A stretch of 64,000 bases of DNA from an uncultured bacterium (GTDB lineage: Bacteria > Bacillota_I > Bacilli_A > Erysipelotrichales > Erysipelotrichaceae): NCBI GenBank assembly GCA_903847945.1, contig CAINEY010000021.1, forward strand, positions 19,501 through 83,500, given 5' to 3'. The translations under genes and the position numbers were made by a program. The notes under the pieces were generated by a model that saw nothing but the letters and a program-made list of their open reading frames with translations, searched no databases and was not told where the DNA came from. Below are positions 27,162 through 36,211 of this stretch, piece after piece. The stretch's first letter is position 1. Each line of letters begins with the position of its first letter.

Positions 27162-28355
27162 ATGAACAAATCTCGTAGTGCGTTGGCTTTTATTATTCTG
27201 ATGGGCATCATCAGTCTCTTCTCCGATTTGACGCATGAAGGAGCCCGCAGTATCATCGGCCCGTATTTGGGTTTACTTGGTGCTTCAGCGGCCACGATCG
27301 GCTTTGTCTCCGGATTCGGTGAGCTGATCGGCTATGCCTTTCGATTGGCGACCGGATGGATCACGGATAAGACGAAGTCGTACTGGTTGATGGCCTTTAT
27401 CGGTTACACCTTTAACTTATTAGCGATTCCGATGTTGGCACTGGTACCGGACGGGGGATGGATCTGGGCATGCAGTTTACTCATCTTGGAACGTTTCGGA
27501 AAAGCGATCCGACATCCCGCCAAGAATACGATGGTGTCCTTTGCGGCTTCCGAAGTGGGTCCGGGGAAGGGCTTTGCGATCCAGGAAGCCTTGGATCAGT
27601 TGGGCGCTTTCTTGGGACCGGTGTTGGTGTTTGGGGTGATGGCACTCAAAGGCGAAGGCGCTACCCGAGTTAGTTATGGCTTAGCTTTTGCCTTATTGGG
27701 CATCATGGCCATCGTGACCTTGGGGATCTTGGCTGTCGCACAACGGCGTTTTCCCCATCCGGAACAGTTTGAGAAAACACCGGATGTCTTAGGTCGGATG
27801 AATTTCGATGGTCCGTTTTGGCTCTACATGGCCGCCATCGGGGTCATGGCTGCCGGGTTTGTGGACTTTCCGCTGATTGCGTTCCATCTTTCGAAACAAC
27901 AACTCCTCGATCCCACCTGGATTCCGCTCTTGTATGCGGTAGCCATGGGGGTGGATGCGATGTCGGCGCTTTTCTTTGGATCCTTGTATGATCGAAAAGG
28001 CATCGTTGCCTTGATGATCGCCGTGATGATCTCAGCGTGGTTCTCCCCGTTGGTCTTCTTATCCGATAGCTTTGGGTTGATCCTGATGGGGATGGTGGTG
28101 TGGGGGATTGGGATGGGTGCTGTAGAGTCTGTATTGAAGTCCGTGGTGACAACTCTGGTACCCAAACAACGCCGGGCAACCGGCTTTGGGATCTTCAACA
28201 CCGTGTTTGGGGTGTGCTGGTTCTTGGGGAGTTGGGTCATGGGACTCTTGTATGAACCGGCCCTGTTGGTCGTTGTCGGGTTGTCGATTGGTTTACAGCT
28301 GAGTGCTGTGCCGTTACTGATCTTGGTTCGTCAGCATACGTCAATTGTACGATAG
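27162..28355 (+). CDS. MFS transporter
   Basis: About 12 TM helices with N-terminus ..LFSDLTHEGARSIIGPYL. The start is uncertain: there is no SD and TACAAT sits 6 nt upstream of ATG 27162. Confidence 0.8.
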   Translation: MNKSRSALAFIILMGIISLFSDLTHEGARSIIGPYLGLLGASAATIGFVSGFGELIGYAFRLATGWITDKTKSYWLMAFIGYTFNLLAIPMLALVPDGGWIWACSLLILERFGKAIRHPAKNTMVSFAASEVGPGKGFAIQEALDQLGAFLGPVLVFGVMALKGEGATRVSYGLAFALLGIMAIVTLGILAVAQRRFPHPEQFEKTPDVLGRMNFDGPFWLYMAAIGVMAAGFVDFPLIAFHLSKQQLLDPTWIPLLYAVAMGVDAMSALFFGSLYDRKGIVALMIAVMISAWFSPLVFLSDSFGLILMGMVVWGIGMGAVESVLKSVVTTLVPKQRRATGFGIFNTVFGVCWFLGSWVMGLLYEPALLVVVGLSIGLQLSAVPLLILVRQHTSIVR

Positions 28356-28393
28356 TCGATGTTCAGTCGTTGCCACAACGTCGTGGTAAAATC

Positions 28394-28412
28394 ACGCCTA
28401 ACGGCGTTTTTT
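28394..28412 (+). terminator. Weak intrinsic terminator
   Basis: ACGCC-TAAC-GGCGT followed by TTTTTT. Confidence 0.45.
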
Positions 28413-28510
28413 AAAGGAACCTGCGTTCGATATGATAAGAGTGGAAATGGCTAAGCGATGTCCCATTCTATCGTGTTCCCACGTTTGACCCTTCGGGGTG
28501 AAAGGAGCTC

Positions 28511-30472
28511 ATGAAGCGAAAAGCGGAGATCATCAGGCTGATGTGGAATGAAACCAAACCCATCAGCGTTGAAACCATGGCCCATTCCATCCATGTTTCA
28601 CCCAAAACCATCCGCAATGAACTGGATGATTTGGAGCATTTACTTGAAGACTATCAGATCCGTTTAGTCAAGAAACCTGGACAAGGCATCACCTTGGAAG
28701 GCTCGACTGACGCCAAGCAGAAACTGATGACATATTTCCAATCGTGGGATGAACAGAAGCAGTTGACTCCCATCGATCGTCAGCGCAACCTCTTGGCCAA
28801 GTTCTTTGCGGAGAACCGGCCCCTATTGATCAAAAGCTTGTCCTTGGATTATTACGTCAGCCGTTCCACCATCACCAAAGACATTGCTGAACTCAATCAG
28901 CGCCTCAAATCGTTCAACTTGCGAATCGATTACCTCAAAGGCGAAGGCATTGCCATCGTTGGGGATGAAGCGGATCAGCGCAAGGCTCTGGCGAAACTGG
29001 TTCCCCTCAACGACCAAGGCAGTCAGATCCTCTACACCGATGAAGAGTCGGTCGGAAGTCCGCTCTTCCTTCAACGCTTCAAGGATGCCTTACAGGTCGA
29101 CTACAGCCGCGTGGAGCGCATCGTCAACGAAGCCGAAGCTCAACTGGGATTCCGCTTCTCCACTGAAGCCAAAGTCAACCTGATCATCCACTTGGCCATC
29201 GCCGTTAAACGGACCCTTCAAGGCAATCCCGTTACCCTCACCGACGAACTCATCCAGACCTTGGATGATCAACGCGAGTTCACCATCGCCCAGCACACGG
29301 CTCACCGCTTAGAAATCGAATTCGGTGTTCGCTTACCGCAAGCCGAGACCTACTACATCCTCCTCCACTTCATGGGGGCCAAACGCCTTCAGGAAGGCTT
29401 GGATCTTCTCGATTTCAAACTCAGTTCCGATACTCCCGACTTGGAACGCATCATCACTGAACTCATTCGACGCGTTCAAAGCGATCTCAATCTGTTTCTG
29501 GAGTCGGATGCCCAGCTCTTCAACAGCCTCTTGCTTCATCTGAAGCCGACCCTCAATCGCTTGAAGTATGGTCTGTCCTTGGAGAATCCGCTCTACCATC
29601 AGATCCAAAACAGCTATCCCGGACTCTGCGAGACCTTGACGGTCCACAGTGATCTCTTCAAACAGCACTTCGATCTCGACATGCCCAGTCATGAGATTGC
29701 GTACCTGGCCTTGCACTTCGCAGCCGCTCAGGAACGCAACACGAAACCGATAAGAGCCTTGGTGATGTGTGCCAGTGGCTTAGGCACTGCTCAGCTCATT
29801 GTGGCGAAACTGCGACGCGCCTTCACCAACCTCAACATCGTCGATGTGGTCTCCAGTCTGGATGCTTCCCGCTACAGTGAAGCCGATATCGATCTGATCA
29901 TCTCCACGATTCCCGTCAGTTCACCGATCAAGACTGTGGTCATCAATGCCTTGATGACCGCCAACGATCTCCAACACGTCAAAGCCGTATTGGAAGAAGA
30001 CCTCAGTCCCCGCTTTACGATCGATCTTCACCCCTCTCAAGTACATTTACGCCTTGACCTCGACTCCAAAGCCGATGTGCTGCGCTACTTAGCGAAGCAG
30101 TTGACGGCGGAAGGATCCGTCTCCGAGGCTTACCTGGAAGGGTTGGAAGAACGCGAAGCCTTGGGGCCAACGGTGATTGCTCCCTACATCGCGATCCCGC
30201 ATGCCCGCTTCGATACGGTGTTGTGCAGTACGATCCACCTGGTGACCCTGAAGAAACCGATCCTCTGGGATGGGGTCAATCCCATCCAGTTGATCCTCAA
30301 CGTGGCCGCCACCAAAGCCGAAGCCTCCCGTTATATTCCGCTCTTTACCCGCTTGGCCGATCTCACCGATGAACGCAAGCGTTGGGATGAGTTGTTGGCG
30401 TTGACCGATCCGGAAGACGTCTGTACCCACTTTAACCGCCTCATGCGCGGCCCACAGGAACTTCCCCGATGA
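28511..30472 (+). CDS. PRD-domain PTS-controlled transcriptional regulator (MtlR/LicR type: HTH, 2x PRD, EIIB-like, EIIA-like)
   Basis: 653 aa. PRD His regions (LIIHLAIAVKR, YLALHFAAAQER), an EIIB-like Cys (VMCASGLGTAQL) and an EIIA-like His (IAIPHARF). Confidence 0.85.
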   Translation: MKRKAEIIRLMWNETKPISVETMAHSIHVSPKTIRNELDDLEHLLEDYQIRLVKKPGQGITLEGSTDAKQKLMTYFQSWDEQKQLTPIDRQRNLLAKFFAENRPLLIKSLSLDYYVSRSTITKDIAELNQRLKSFNLRIDYLKGEGIAIVGDEADQRKALAKLVPLNDQGSQILYTDEESVGSPLFLQRFKDALQVDYSRVERIVNEAEAQLGFRFSTEAKVNLIIHLAIAVKRTLQGNPVTLTDELIQTLDDQREFTIAQHTAHRLEIEFGVRLPQAETYYILLHFMGAKRLQEGLDLLDFKLSSDTPDLERIITELIRRVQSDLNLFLESDAQLFNSLLLHLKPTLNRLKYGLSLENPLYHQIQNSYPGLCETLTVHSDLFKQHFDLDMPSHEIAYLALHFAAAQERNTKPIRALVMCASGLGTAQLIVAKLRRAFTNLNIVDVVSSLDASRYSEADIDLIISTIPVSSPIKTVVINALMTANDLQHVKAVLEEDLSPRFTIDLHPSQVHLRLDLDSKADVLRYLAKQLTAEGSVSEAYLEGLEEREALGPTVIAPYIAIPHARFDTVLCSTIHLVTLKKPILWDGVNPIQLILNVAATKAEASRYIPLFTRLADLTDERKRWDELLALTDPEDVCTHFNRLMRGPQELPR

Positions 30473-30930
30473 ACACGCTCGAACTCTTACACCCTGAATT
30501 GATGTTACTGAACTTGGAGGCTGAGGATTCCGATCAGCTCCTGGACACTATGGCTTCCCACTTATTGGCTCAAGGCATCGTCAAAGACACCTTTGCCGAA
30601 GCTATCAAGACCCGCGAACGCGAGTTCGCCACCGGACTTCCCGGAGCCAATATGGGTGTTGCGCTTCCGCACGCCGATGCCCAGCACGTCAACCGCTCCG
30701 CGATTGCCGTCGCTACGCTGAAACATCCGGTCACCTTTCGGATGATGGGTCTCCATGAAGAACCCATCCAAGCTGAAATCGTGTTCATGCTAGCCTTAGC
30801 TGAAGGTCACCTGCACATGGAATTACTCTCAAATCTGATGGGTATCCTTCAAAACGAGGACGCCCTGACCCGAATCAAACAGGCTGAAACCCCGCAAAAG
30901 CTGGTTTCCATCCTGTCGGAACTGTTGTAG
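30469..30930 (+). CDS. PTS EIIA component (mannitol/fructose-type fold, galactitol family operon)
   Basis: GVALPHADAQH active-site His. ATGA overlap with the regulator gene. Confidence 0.85.
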   Translation: MNTLELLHPELMLLNLEAEDSDQLLDTMASHLLAQGIVKDTFAEAIKTREREFATGLPGANMGVALPHADAQHVNRSAIAVATLKHPVTFRMMGLHEEPIQAEIVFMLALAEGHLHMELLSNLMGILQNEDALTRIKQAETPQKLVSILSELL

Positions 30931-30943
30931 AAAGGAGCACATC

Positions 30944-31237
30944 ATGCCGAAAAAAAGACTCTTAGTCGCTTGTGGAACCGGGGTAGCTACTTCTGTAGCG
31001 GTGGCCCGTAAAATCGAGAATATCTTAAAAGAGCGCGGATACGGCGATCAGGTGGAAATCACCACGTGCACCGTGGCTGAACTGGAATCCAAAGCCCATC
31101 TGGTGGACCTGGTGGTCACCACGGCCCAGTACAGTAAGCCCATTTCCGTCAAAGTCATCATGGGTGTTGCGTTCTTGATCGGACGAGGGACAGAGCCGAT
31201 CATCAACGACATCATAGAATCGTTGGGTTTAAAGTAA
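30944..31237 (+). CDS. gatB: PTS galactitol-family EIIB component
   Basis: LLVACGTGVATS phospho-Cys loop; 97 aa. Confidence 0.85.
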   Translation: MPKKRLLVACGTGVATSVAVARKIENILKERGYGDQVEITTCTVAELESKAHLVDLVVTTAQYSKPISVKVIMGVAFLIGRGTEPIINDIIESLGLK

Positions 31238-31265
31238 GAAGTCACACAAAAAGGAGGAAACATTT

Positions 31266-32597
31266 GTGGAATTTCTGAATTATTTAGTCGGTCTTGGCGC
31301 ATCCGTCATGATGCCCTTGATCATCACGCTCCTCGGATTGGTCATGGGGGCCAAATTCGGGAAAGCGCTCCGTGCCGGGTTGACCGTTGGGGTCGGTTTC
31401 ATCGGCTTGAACCTCGTGATCGGCTTATTGGGCGGTAACCTGGGTCCTGCGGTTCAGCAAATGGTCACTAATTATGGCCTGAGCTTGACCGTCATCGATG
31501 TCGGCTGGCCGGCTGCGGCAGCCATTGCCTTCGCGTCTCAAGTGGGCGCCCTCATCATTCCGATCGCCTTGGCGGTCAACGTCGTCATGATTCTGACGAA
31601 AACCACGCAAACCGTCAATATCGACGTGTGGAACTTCTGGCACTATGCCTTTACCGGTGCCTTGGTGACCTTTGCGACCAACGACCTGGTTTACGGGTTG
31701 ATCGTTGCGGCTATCCAAGCCGCCATTACCCTGATCTTGGCCGACTGGACCGCGAAGGGTGTTGAAGAATACAACGGCTTACAAGGCGTCTCGATTCCGC
31801 ACGGCTTGTCCGTGGCGTTCGTCCCGGTCGCTTTAGTCGTTAATAAAGTCTTGGATTATATCCCGGGCATCAACAAGATCAACATCGATGCGGAAGGCGT
31901 TCAAAAACGCTTCGGCGTCTTTGGAGAACCGATCTTGGTCGGTACCGTCTTGGGTGCCGTCATCGGTGCTTTGGCCGGTTACGATGTGAAGGGCATTCTC
32001 AACTTGGGCATCACCATGGGCGCATCCCTGGTCCTCATTCCCAAGATGGCCGGTTTACTCATGGAAGGCTTGATCCCCATTTCGGATGCGGCTTCGACCT
32101 TCGTTGAAAAACGCTTCAAATCCAACTCCAAGATCTACATCGGGTTGGATGCTGCCGTAGGTATCGGTCATCCGACGACCTTGGCCGTTTCCTTGATTTT
32201 GGTTCCGTTGTCAGTGGCCATCGCCGCGGTCTTGCCGGGCAATCAGTTCTTGCCGTTTGCTGACCTCGCCGTGTTGCCGTTCCTGTTTGTCTTGGTCGTT
32301 CCCATTACCAAGGGCGACCTGTTCAGAACCCTCGTGGTCGGTTTAGTCATCGTCGTGACCGGTTTGTGGATCTCCACAGACATCGCGCCGCTCTTGACGC
32401 AAGCTGCTGCGGATGCCGGCTTTACGATGCCGGTAGGTGCTGACCTCATTTCCAGTATCGCCGATGGCTCTTCACCGCTCAGCTGGGCGTTTGTGAAAGT
32501 CATGGATCTGAAACTGATCGGTGTGGCTGTCTTGGCGGCGATCACCGGCGCCATGGCGTTTGTCAATTTCAAACGCATCAAAGCGCAATCGAAGTAA
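31266..32597 (+). CDS. gatC: PTS galactitol-family EIIC permease
   Basis: The protein resembles E. coli GatC over its whole length as I recall it (..VIDVGWPAAAA.., NIDVWNFWHYAFTGALV, GNQFLPFADLA). GTG start with an AAGGAGGA RBS. Confidence 0.9.
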   Translation: MEFLNYLVGLGASVMMPLIITLLGLVMGAKFGKALRAGLTVGVGFIGLNLVIGLLGGNLGPAVQQMVTNYGLSLTVIDVGWPAAAAIAFASQVGALIIPIALAVNVVMILTKTTQTVNIDVWNFWHYAFTGALVTFATNDLVYGLIVAAIQAAITLILADWTAKGVEEYNGLQGVSIPHGLSVAFVPVALVVNKVLDYIPGINKINIDAEGVQKRFGVFGEPILVGTVLGAVIGALAGYDVKGILNLGITMGASLVLIPKMAGLLMEGLIPISDAASTFVEKRFKSNSKIYIGLDAAVGIGHPTTLAVSLILVPLSVAIAAVLPGNQFLPFADLAVLPFLFVLVVPITKGDLFRTLVVGLVIVVTGLWISTDIAPLLTQAAADAGFTMPVGADLISSIADGSSPLSWAFVKVMDLKLIGVAVLAAITGAMAFVNFKRIKAQSK

Positions 32598-32617
32598 GTT
32601 AACCGGAGGATCGTCCT

Positions 32618-33031
32618 GTGAAGTATACGCTCACCCCTCAAACCCGTTTCTTTTCCGTCACGATTCCGGCAATGGTTGCCGGTGGCGTCAGCGCCGTGAT
32701 GGGATACCAAGTGGTCAGTGGTCAAGCGGATCAGTTCACCTGGACGATCCTCTTTCTTTCCTTATGGGTCGTCCTGGATCACGTCTTGGCCTTGGCTCAT
32801 CCCGAATCCATTGTGATCGATGAAACACAGATTGCCTTGACCTCCTTTGGGAGAACGCACGCGTATGCGTGGACAGACATCCAGAAGCTGCGCATCAAAC
32901 GCTTAGCTTCAGGAACCCTCTATGTCCGCATCAATGACGGCGGACTGTTGAAGGGCCGTTATTGGATCCCTGTCCATAAGTTTCCCGATCGACTGGCCTT
33001 AACGCAAGCCCTCGTGGATCATCAACGTTAA
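32618..33031 (+). CDS. Hypothetical 2-TM protein with a PH-like soluble tail, last gene of the PTS operon
   Basis: GTG start 20 nt after gatC with a CGGAGGA RBS. I recognise no family. Confidence 0.45.
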   Translation: MKYTLTPQTRFFSVTIPAMVAGGVSAVMGYQVVSGQADQFTWTILFLSLWVVLDHVLALAHPESIVIDETQIALTSFGRTHAYAWTDIQKLRIKRLASGTLYVRINDGGLLKGRYWIPVHKFPDRLALTQALVDHQR

Positions 33032-33049
33032 AAGACTTCAGTCTTTTTT
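33031..33049 (+). terminator. Weak AT-rich intrinsic terminator
   Basis: AAAGAC-TTCA-GTCTTT followed by TTTT. Confidence 0.45.
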
Positions 33050-33130
33050 ATTTTGAAACGTTAAGTGTGTAAAACAAATGAGTGAGGATTTGCTACAATG
33101 AAGCCAAGAGTATCTCACTCAGGAGCGAAC

Positions 33131-33817
33131 ATGAAGAAAAAACGTAAGATTTGGCCGTTTATTCTGTTATCCCCGCTGCTTGTGATTGCCGTCGTTGTGG
33201 GTTTGTTCTTCTTGCCCAAAACGGTGAATGTATCCTATACGGAAGACGATTTGCAGTCGTATTTGGATAAGGGTGGTATTCTGCTCAACGAAGACAGTGC
33301 CAGCATCGAAGACATCTTCTTCGGAAACTACACGGCTATCGGTTCTCGGGCAGTGGAAGGAACCATCACCAGTGCCGAAGCCACCGCGATCCTCAATGAA
33401 GTGGCACGGGCAGACGGCATCCTCACCAACATCCGCGTAAAATTCACCGGTGAGAACACCTACGAAGCTTCTGCCAATATTTCCGACCAGCTCGATGAGA
33501 TCTACACAACCTTCCCAGCCGTTGAAGACTACAGAGGGTGGATCGATACCACGCTTAAAGGCCGGACCATCTATGGGACCGGGGTCTTGGTCAAAGGCGA
33601 AGGCGATACCTTCGAATCCGAGTTTAAATCGATCTATGTCGGGTCTTTACCGTTACCGACGGATCAAGCGAATGATTATGGGGAATACCTGGGCACCAAG
33701 ATGAATCAGATTTTTACCTCACTGCCCGGCTTCAACATGGAGAGTTTTAAGATCGATGCGGAAGGTCTCCACTTCAAGGGAACCATTCCCACCGAAATCC
33801 GTTCGACTGCGCCGTAA
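33131..33817 (+). CDS. Membrane-anchored extracytoplasmic protein, function unknown
   Basis: MKKKRKIWPFILLSPLLVIAVVVGLFF anchor; CAGGAG RBS; TACAAT promoter-like box at 33091. Confidence 0.5.
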   Translation: MKKKRKIWPFILLSPLLVIAVVVGLFFLPKTVNVSYTEDDLQSYLDKGGILLNEDSASIEDIFFGNYTAIGSRAVEGTITSAEATAILNEVARADGILTNIRVKFTGENTYEASANISDQLDEIYTTFPAVEDYRGWIDTTLKGRTIYGTGVLVKGEGDTFESEFKSIYVGSLPLPTDQANDYGEYLGTKMNQIFTSLPGFNMESFKIDAEGLHFKGTIPTEIRSTAP

Positions 33818-35327
33818 GGGCGATTAACGTCTGACGCCGATCGAGTTTACGCATTTCATTCTTTGGGATTGAACTCATCACGACACACCGATAAGGTTTC
33901 ATCCATCCGTCCAAGTCTTGTAAGACTTGGGCGGTTTTTTGTTTAAGTAAGGCGTGCTTTAGAAAGGATTGAACACTGAGAACGACCACCAGTCGTCCTT
34001 CATCATCCGCCAAGGCTTTGGCTTCATCGATCCCAAGGATTTGATAGAAGGCATCTTCGACGTCATGCGGGTTGATTAGATACCCTTTGACTTTCAACAA
34101 GTCATCGGCCCGATGGTGAAAGTGCAGGATCCCGCGTTCATCAATCATCCCTACATCGTGCGTATTGACCCAGCGTTGATTATTCACCGTGATCAAGGTC
34201 GTTTCGTTAAGTTCCGGATGATTAAGGTAACCGTTCATCAGCGTCGGACCACTAACCAGGATTTCACCAGGTTGAAGCGAAGGGGCTAGTTCTCCTTTAG
34301 CTCCCAAGATCCCTAACGTATTCCCGGGTAAGGGAAGACCTACTCCGGGCTTACCGCTGTCTGATTTTGGCATCAGCGTGACGGCAGTCAAGGTTTCAGT
34401 GGTTCCATACCCCACTTGAACTACAGCGGAAGACCCACCCTGTTTCAGGGCCTCATTGAACGCGTTGATCAAGGGTAAGGGGACGGATTCACCGCCGACA
34501 AAGACTTGTTTGATAAAGGAGAGGTCAGCGTTTCGAAAGGCTTTTGACGCCAACAAGATCCTTAAGAAGTAGGGAACTGCAGCCAGATACGTCGGCTTCT
34601 CTTTGAGAAGCGTTGTGATGACGGTACGCTTATGCAGACGCGGAACCAAGATGCACTTTCCGCCTAAGGACAGCACCGTATGCATACCGATGCCTAAGCC
34701 AAAACCGTGAAAGAACGGAAGTACGGCTAAGATCCCATCCACACCACGTTCCGGCGCAATGCAGGTTTCCATCTGATCCACCAAGGCATTCATGGCGGTA
34801 TTGGAAAGGGAAATGGCTTTCTGAGTGCCGGTTGTTCCACTGGAGAAGAGAATCACTGCGTCGGACTCATCCACCAGTTCATTCAACGGATCGGCAACAC
34901 CAGCTTCTTTCCATATCGGCAAGCGGGTTTTCTTCAATCCCAGAAGTAGTTTTTGAAGTCCGGTGGCACTGTGACGGGCTTCCACAGCGATGACCTCCAA
35001 TCCATCCAGATGCGTCCCATAGCGCGACACTAAAACATCCACCACAAACACCGTCGAACACTCAACTTCATCCAGTCGTTGACGCAAAAGCTTTCCGGAA
35101 CTGAGCGGATGAACCATCACCACCCCAATGCCCATGGCATTGAGGGCGTAGAAAAGCACGATGGCTTCATTAAGATTCGCCAACGCCAAAGCGACCCGTT
35201 GTCCGGATTGAAGATTCATGGCTTTTAGGGCAGTCACTGCCTTGGCGATGTGCTGATGAAGTTGGCCGTATGTGCAGGTTTTTCCGTTGAGAACCGTAGC
35301 GATCTCCAGCGGATACGCCTGAGCCAT
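33774..35327 (-). CDS. AMP-dependent synthetase/ligase (acyl-adenylate forming enzyme)
   Basis: Core motifs FSSGTTGTQKA, GYGTTET, RADDLLKVKGYLI and IPKNEMRKLDR. I chose ATG 35327, 13 nt after the upstream stop. Confidence 0.85.
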   Translation of the reverse strand: MAQAYPLEIATVLNGKTCTYGQLHQHIAKAVTALKAMNLQSGQRVALALANLNEAIVLFYALNAMGIGVVMVHPLSSGKLLRQRLDEVECSTVFVVDVLVSRYGTHLDGLEVIAVEARHSATGLQKLLLGLKKTRLPIWKEAGVADPLNELVDESDAVILFSSGTTGTQKAISLSNTAMNALVDQMETCIAPERGVDGILAVLPFFHGFGLGIGMHTVLSLGGKCILVPRLHKRTVITTLLKEKPTYLAAVPYFLRILLASKAFRNADLSFIKQVFVGGESVPLPLINAFNEALKQGGSSAVVQVGYGTTETLTAVTLMPKSDSGKPGVGLPLPGNTLGILGAKGELAPSLQPGEILVSGPTLMNGYLNHPELNETTLITVNNQRWVNTHDVGMIDERGILHFHHRADDLLKVKGYLINPHDVEDAFYQILGIDEAKALADDEGRLVVVLSVQSFLKHALLKQKTAQVLQDLDGWMKPYRCVVMSSIPKNEMRKLDRRQTLIALTAQSNGFRWEWFP

Positions 35328-35340
35328 TGTCAGAACTTTA

Positions 35341-36105
35341 CTAGCGCAGGTGTTCATCCGGGTGTTCAAGGATGGCTTTAAAGGTTTCCATCGCCTTAAA
35401 GAATCCGATGCCTTCGGCGATCCGTTCGTCCACAGCCAGGCCGATCTCCACGTGACCGTCCTCACTCAAGGTTCCCAGGGTCATCACGATCGAACAGGTT
35501 CCCCAGTTGAAGAGGTGATGGTGAACGGCTTCTCCGCCGATCGATCCCAGATTAGCGATGATCATTCCGGTATGTAAGGGATCTTCACGCAGTAAAGAAT
35601 TAGGTAATAAATCCAGGTTATCCAAGCGTTGAGCGATCCACAAGGCAAATCTAAACACGCTTGAAGGGATGATCGACAAGGCATTCATCAACCCATTCGC
35701 TCCACGGGTTGAACCTTGACGAGTCGAAGAGATAGCCTGGTCGAGAATGGCTTTGACTTCCTTTGGGCTTTGAGCCTGATCGAAGTTCAGCTTGACGAAC
35801 GCATTGGAATCTTCATCCGATTTATCGGCTTTGATGACGGTGGAAATCCACAGGTGACGATGCGTGTAGAAGCGTGAACCCATCACAAAGCGTTTCAGGA
35901 TCGGGTGCAGTTGTGCGGTTTTTACGCATGCATACAGGACATATGGGAAAAATCGCAGGTCATTCGTTTTTAAGAACTCCGGTAGTGACGGCGACTGGAT
36001 ATGCAGCGTCGAGTAAATGACGGCATCCTGTCGTTTCGGCAACATCAACACTTCCGTACGCTGATAGAATTTCGTTTTATGGGGGATCCGATCAAAGTGA
36101 AACAT
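35341..36105 (-). CDS. Stand-alone 2-oxoacid-dehydrogenase-E2/CAT-fold acyltransferase-like protein with an atypical active-site motif
   Basis: The C-terminal region IANLGSIGGEAVHHHLFNWGTCSIVMTLGTL..IGLAVDERIAEGIGFFKAMETFKAILEHP aligns by eye with the E2 catalytic domain. DHRxxDG reads DERIAEG. I prefer ATG 36105 (AAGAGG RBS) over GTG 36171. Confidence 0.6.
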   Translation of the reverse strand: MFHFDRIPHKTKFYQRTEVLMLPKRQDAVIYSTLHIQSPSLPEFLKTNDLRFFPYVLYACVKTAQLHPILKRFVMGSRFYTHRHLWISTVIKADKSDEDSNAFVKLNFDQAQSPKEVKAILDQAISSTRQGSTRGANGLMNALSIIPSSVFRFALWIAQRLDNLDLLPNSLLREDPLHTGMIIANLGSIGGEAVHHHLFNWGTCSIVMTLGTLSEDGHVEIGLAVDERIAEGIGFFKAMETFKAILEHPDEHLR

Positions 36106-36182
36106 AAGGCCTCTTGGTTTGATTTTAACACAGTCCCACTGTTTTTCGGATTGGGACTTGACGGGAACCACGGTAAGCTCTA

Positions 36183-36201
36183 ATATATCTATTAGATATA
36201 T
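36183..36201. promoter_or_regulatory. Perfect 9-1-9 palindrome, candidate PadR operator in the divergent intergenic region
   Basis: ATATATCTA-T-TAGATATAT ends 10 nt before the padR ATG (36212). Confidence 0.55.
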
Positions 36202-36211
36202 AGAGGTAACT

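Noticed and set aside
33774-33817. The 3' ends of the 33131..33817 (+) and AMP-ligase (-) genes converge and overlap by 44 bp with no terminator between them.
   Set aside because: Both C-terminal extensions are unremarkable, and convergent overlaps occur. Without transcript data I cannot argue for antisense regulation. I note it only as a caveat on the exact 3' ends.
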